This document shows, in pieces, positions 6,607 through 8,598 of a stretch of 8,598 bases of DNA (the stretch's first letter is position 1; each line of letters opens with the position of its first letter). The DNA lies in the IMG/VR virus record IMGVR_UViG_2671180828_000009. One strand, written 5' to 3'. The DNA is from a virus. Taxonomy: Duplodnaviria > Heunggongvirae > Uroviricota > Caudoviricetes. The notes below the pieces were generated by a model. That model saw only the letters and a list, made by a program, of their open reading frames with translations, was not told the origin of the DNA and did no database searches. Both the position numbers and the translations under genes were made by a program.

Positions 6607-7578
6607 ATGAACACCACACTGACACCCGCAGATCTCGATCCCCGTCGGCAGGCCATGCTGCTGTACTTTCAGGGATACCGCGTAGCCCGCATTGCTGAAA
6701 TGCTGGGCGAGAAAGTTGCAACCGTTCACAGCTGGAAAAAACGCGACAAGTGGGGTGACTATGGGCCGCTGGATCAGATGCAGCTCACCACCGCCGCACG
6801 CTACTGCCAGCTCATCATGAAGGAGCACAAAGAAGGGAAAGATTTCAAAGAGATTGACCTGCTGGCGCGCCAGTCTGAGCGCCACGCGCGGATCGGCAAG
6901 TTTAACAATGGCGGCAACGAATCCGACTTAAACCCTAACGTCGCCAACCGCAACAAAGGCCCACGCCGTCAGCCGGAAAAGAATGTTTTCACCGATGAGC
7001 AGATTGAGAAGCTGGAAGAAATCTTCCATTCCTCCATGTTCAACTACCAGCGCCACTGGTGGGAAGCCGGAAAAACCAACCGCATCCGCAACCTGCTGAA
7101 GTCACGCCAGATCGGCGCGACCTTTTACTTTGCCCGTGAAGCCCTGATTGACGCCCTGCTGACCGGACGTAACCAGATTTTCCTTTCCGCCAGCAAGGCA
7201 CAGGCCCACGTCTTTAAGCAGTACATCATCGACTTCGCCAAAGAAGTGGAGGTGGAGTTGAAAGGCGATCCGATGGTGCTTCCTAACGGGGCCACGCTTT
7301 ACTTCCTCGGCACCAATGCCCGCACTGCCCAGAGTTATCACGGCAACCTGTATCTGGATGAATATTTCTGGATACCGAAATTCCAGGAGCTGCGCAAAGT
7401 GGCTTCCGGTATGGCTATTCACAAGAAATGGCGACAAACCTATTTTTCCACGCCATCCAGCCTGACACACAGTGCTTATCCGTTCTGGTCCGGTGCGCTA
7501 TTCAACCGTGGGCGCAACAAAGCCGATACCGCACCTGCAGCAACACGCCCGATCTCTGCGGTTGCACTCATGACGTAA
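6607..7578 (+). pseudogene. P: Terminase large subunit P, truncated (323 codons versus about 590 expected)
   Basis: N-terminal region (...[17 protein letters not shown]...[10 protein letters not shown]..., ...[17 protein letters not shown]...) is consistent with the P2 gpP N-terminal and ATPase region. The frame ends in a non-terminase-like tail overlapping the convergent cII-like gene. No portal gene Q follows. Confidence 0.75.
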
Positions 7579-7868
7579 TGTGGCAGTTTCTCTTTTGCCA
7601 CCTCATTAATTGGTACGCATGGCAGGCAGTGAATCTGTGCCAGAAAACCATCTACCAACGTTGAATCTTCAGTCAGATCGGTAAGCAGCCAGATTTCTGG
7701 TGCGGTTAATAAATGAGGTTGAGCTGGGTTCAGCTTGTTCCGCAGAATCTGCACATTCATGCCCGCACGTTCTGCCAGTTGCACCAGATTGTGGCGCAGT
7801 GCGAATGCACGACAGGCTTCATCAAAATGTGGATGTTTGGAAACTTGGTAATCAAACATGGTTTTCAA
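7476..7868 (-). CDS. cII: Phage CII-like regulatory protein (186 CII / CP76 family), probably 3'-truncated
   Basis: [45 protein letters not shown]...[25 protein letters not shown] matches the recalled CP76/CII family N-terminal region. The real start may be M4 at 7859. 130 aa versus about 165-170 for family members. Confidence 0.65.
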   Translation of the reverse strand: MKTMFDYQVSKHPHFDEACRAFALRHNLVQLAERAGMNVQILRNKLNPAQPHLLTAPEIWLLTDLTEDSTLVDGFLAQIHCLPCVPINEVAKEKLPHYVMSATAEIGRVAAGAVSALLRPRLNSAPDQNG

Positions 7869-7873
7869 CTCCG

Positions 7874-7915
7874 AACTTATCGCAAAATCGAACTCAGCGT
7901 CTTATTGCGAAAATA
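7874..7915. promoter_or_regulatory. Paired repeats in the apl-cII intergenic region
   Basis: CTTATCGCAAAAT (7875-7887) and CTTATTGCGAAAAT (7901-7914) form a direct repeat about 26 bp apart; they contain the inverted hexamers TCGCAA / TTGCGA. Confidence 0.25.
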
Positions 7916-7923
7916 GACGTCTA

Positions 7924-8127
7924 TTAAGCAGACAAAGCATCAACAGTCAGAGCAGCCAGGTTAATCATTACCTTTTCACGTTTTTTGTCTTTACGAAGAC
8001 GATGACGAGGTAGTCGGCCATCAGCCAACATGTCGTTAATCGTATCAATAGAAAGGCCAGTCAGTTCGCTATAACGTTCGATTGTGACATGTGGTGTATT
8101 CAGAGTAATTGAAATGTTAGGTGTCAT
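7924..8127 (-). CDS. Small helix-turn-helix DNA-binding protein, Apl/Cox-like excisionase-regulator, 67 aa
   Basis: ...[27 protein letters not shown]... is an excisionase-type HTH. First gene of the leftward operon, divergent from cI and upstream of cII, as apl is in 186. Confidence 0.5.
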   Translation of the reverse strand: MTPNISITLNTPHVTIERYSELTGLSIDTINDMLADGRLPRHRLRKDKKREKVMINLAALTVDALSA

Positions 8128-8272
8128 AAGGCAACATTCCTTCTAGATATGGCTTGTGGCGAGCCGTTGTTTGTCGTGATTAGTAGTGAAGGCTCCAAAA
8201 GAACACTTCTGGTTCAACTTTAAGATCGCTTTTGGAATCTGTCAACGAATTTTGGATTTCTTTGGAGGACTT
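8128..8272. promoter_or_regulatory. Immunity switch region between the divergent apl-like and cI genes
   Basis: 145-bp intergenic region. Perfect 8-bp inverted repeat TCCAAAAG (8194-8201) / CTTTTGGA (8229-8236) with further TTTGGA copies at 8251 and 8261. GGAGG at 8264-8268 ahead of the cI GTG. No promoter hexamers could be placed confidently. Confidence 0.4.
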
Positions 8273-8598
8273 GTGGATTTCAATAGCGGCGGTAAGAAAG
8301 CCATAGAACGTTTAGTTGAAGCATATGGGTTCGGTACCCGTCAGGCTCTCTGTGATCATTTAGGTGTTTCTAAGAGCACCATGGCAACGCGCTATATGCG
8401 TGATATTTTTCCAGCAGATTGGGTAATCCAGTGCGCCCTTGAAACGGGCACCTCGCTTAATTGGCTAACAACAGGGCATGGTTCAAAGCAAGCATCAGCA
8501 AATACAAATACTATAGAAGTAGAAAAATATTTATTGTCTGATGGAGCATTGCAGAAAGACGGTTTTTATATTTTTGATAAGGGATTTCTACCCTCTAC
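8273..8598 (+). CDS. cI: CI-family repressor (186 CI-like N-terminal HTH domain), 5' part only
   Basis: Open frame from GTG 8273 to the window edge: VDFNSGGKKAIERLVEAYGFGTRQALCDHLGVSKSTMATRYMRDIFPADWVIQCALETGTSLNWLTTGHG..., matching the 186 CI-type HTH pattern. Not in the ORF track because it has a non-ATG start and no stop within the window. Confidence 0.7.
   Translation, partial: MDFNSGGKKAIERLVEAYGFGTRQALCDHLGVSKSTMATRYMRDIFPADWVIQCALETGTSLNWLTTGHGSKQASANTNTIEVEKYLLSDGALQKDGFYIFDKGFLPS

Larger units (their letters stand above)
1..8598. mobile_element. P2/186-family prophage segment, apparently defective: late structural operon plus 186-type immunity region, with several internal deletions
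   Basis: Gene order O-N-L-X-lysis-W-J-I-H on the minus strand with P divergent from O matches the P2 late-region layout. cII/apl/cI arrangement matches the 186 switch. Expected genes M, R, S, V, Q and the replication genes are absent. Confidence 0.85.

Noticed and set aside
6324-6885. ORFs across the O/P divergent promoter region (6324..6698, 6415..6597, 6500..6721, 6586..6885)
   Set aside because: They span the intergenic promoter region and the starts of O and P in the wrong frames or strand; they are not compatible with the well-supported O and P starts and their ribosome-binding sites.
7102-7470. Minus-strand ORF (122 aa) inside the terminase P gene
   Set aside because: Antisense to the terminase ATPase region, which has the stronger family resemblance; no start context.
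7428-7927. Plus-strand ORFs across the P/cII junction and antisense to cII (7428..7664, 7700..7927, 7713..7916)
   Set aside because: Cys/Trp-rich or low-complexity translations with no ribosome-binding site. The first is partly an alternative frame of the P 3' end and the others are antisense to the cII-like gene. A junction-created fusion peptide cannot be fully excluded, but nothing supports it.
1-8598. CRISPR arrays, tRNA/rRNA genes, insertion-sequence ends or an integrase/att site
   Set aside because: No regularly spaced short direct repeats, no tRNA-like structure and no terminal inverted repeats with a transposase ORF were seen. The integrase and attachment site would lie beyond the right edge, past cI.

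Overview
The window reads as a segment of a P2/186-family (Peduovirus-like) prophage from an enterobacterial host, and it appears to be defective. I found no ORF that looks like a stand-alone defence or toxin system, so the interest here is in the mosaic, decayed architecture rather than in novel cargo. All calls rest on reading the six-frame translations and recalled family motifs; no database search was run.

The minus strand carries a P2-type late operon in canonical order O, N, L, X, lysis genes, W, J, I, H, plus the first codons of a tail fiber assembly gene at the left edge. Divergent from O is a terminase large subunit (P) ORF that stops after about 320 codons. It abuts a 186-type lysogeny region (cII-like and Apl/Cox-like genes on the minus strand, divergent CI-family repressor running off the right edge).

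Three junctions look like internal deletions relative to the P2 gene order:
- Capsid gene N is short and M (small terminase) is absent between N and L.
- Tail genes R, S, V and the spanin genes are absent between the lysis genes and W.
- The 3' half of P, portal Q, cos and the replication/early region are absent between P and cII.

The lysis cassette is a class II holin plus a P1 Lyz-like SAR endolysin rather than the P2 Y/K type. The tail fiber has a conserved N-terminus and tandem repeats, followed by a low-GC (about 35-40%) C-terminal domain that looks horizontally acquired.
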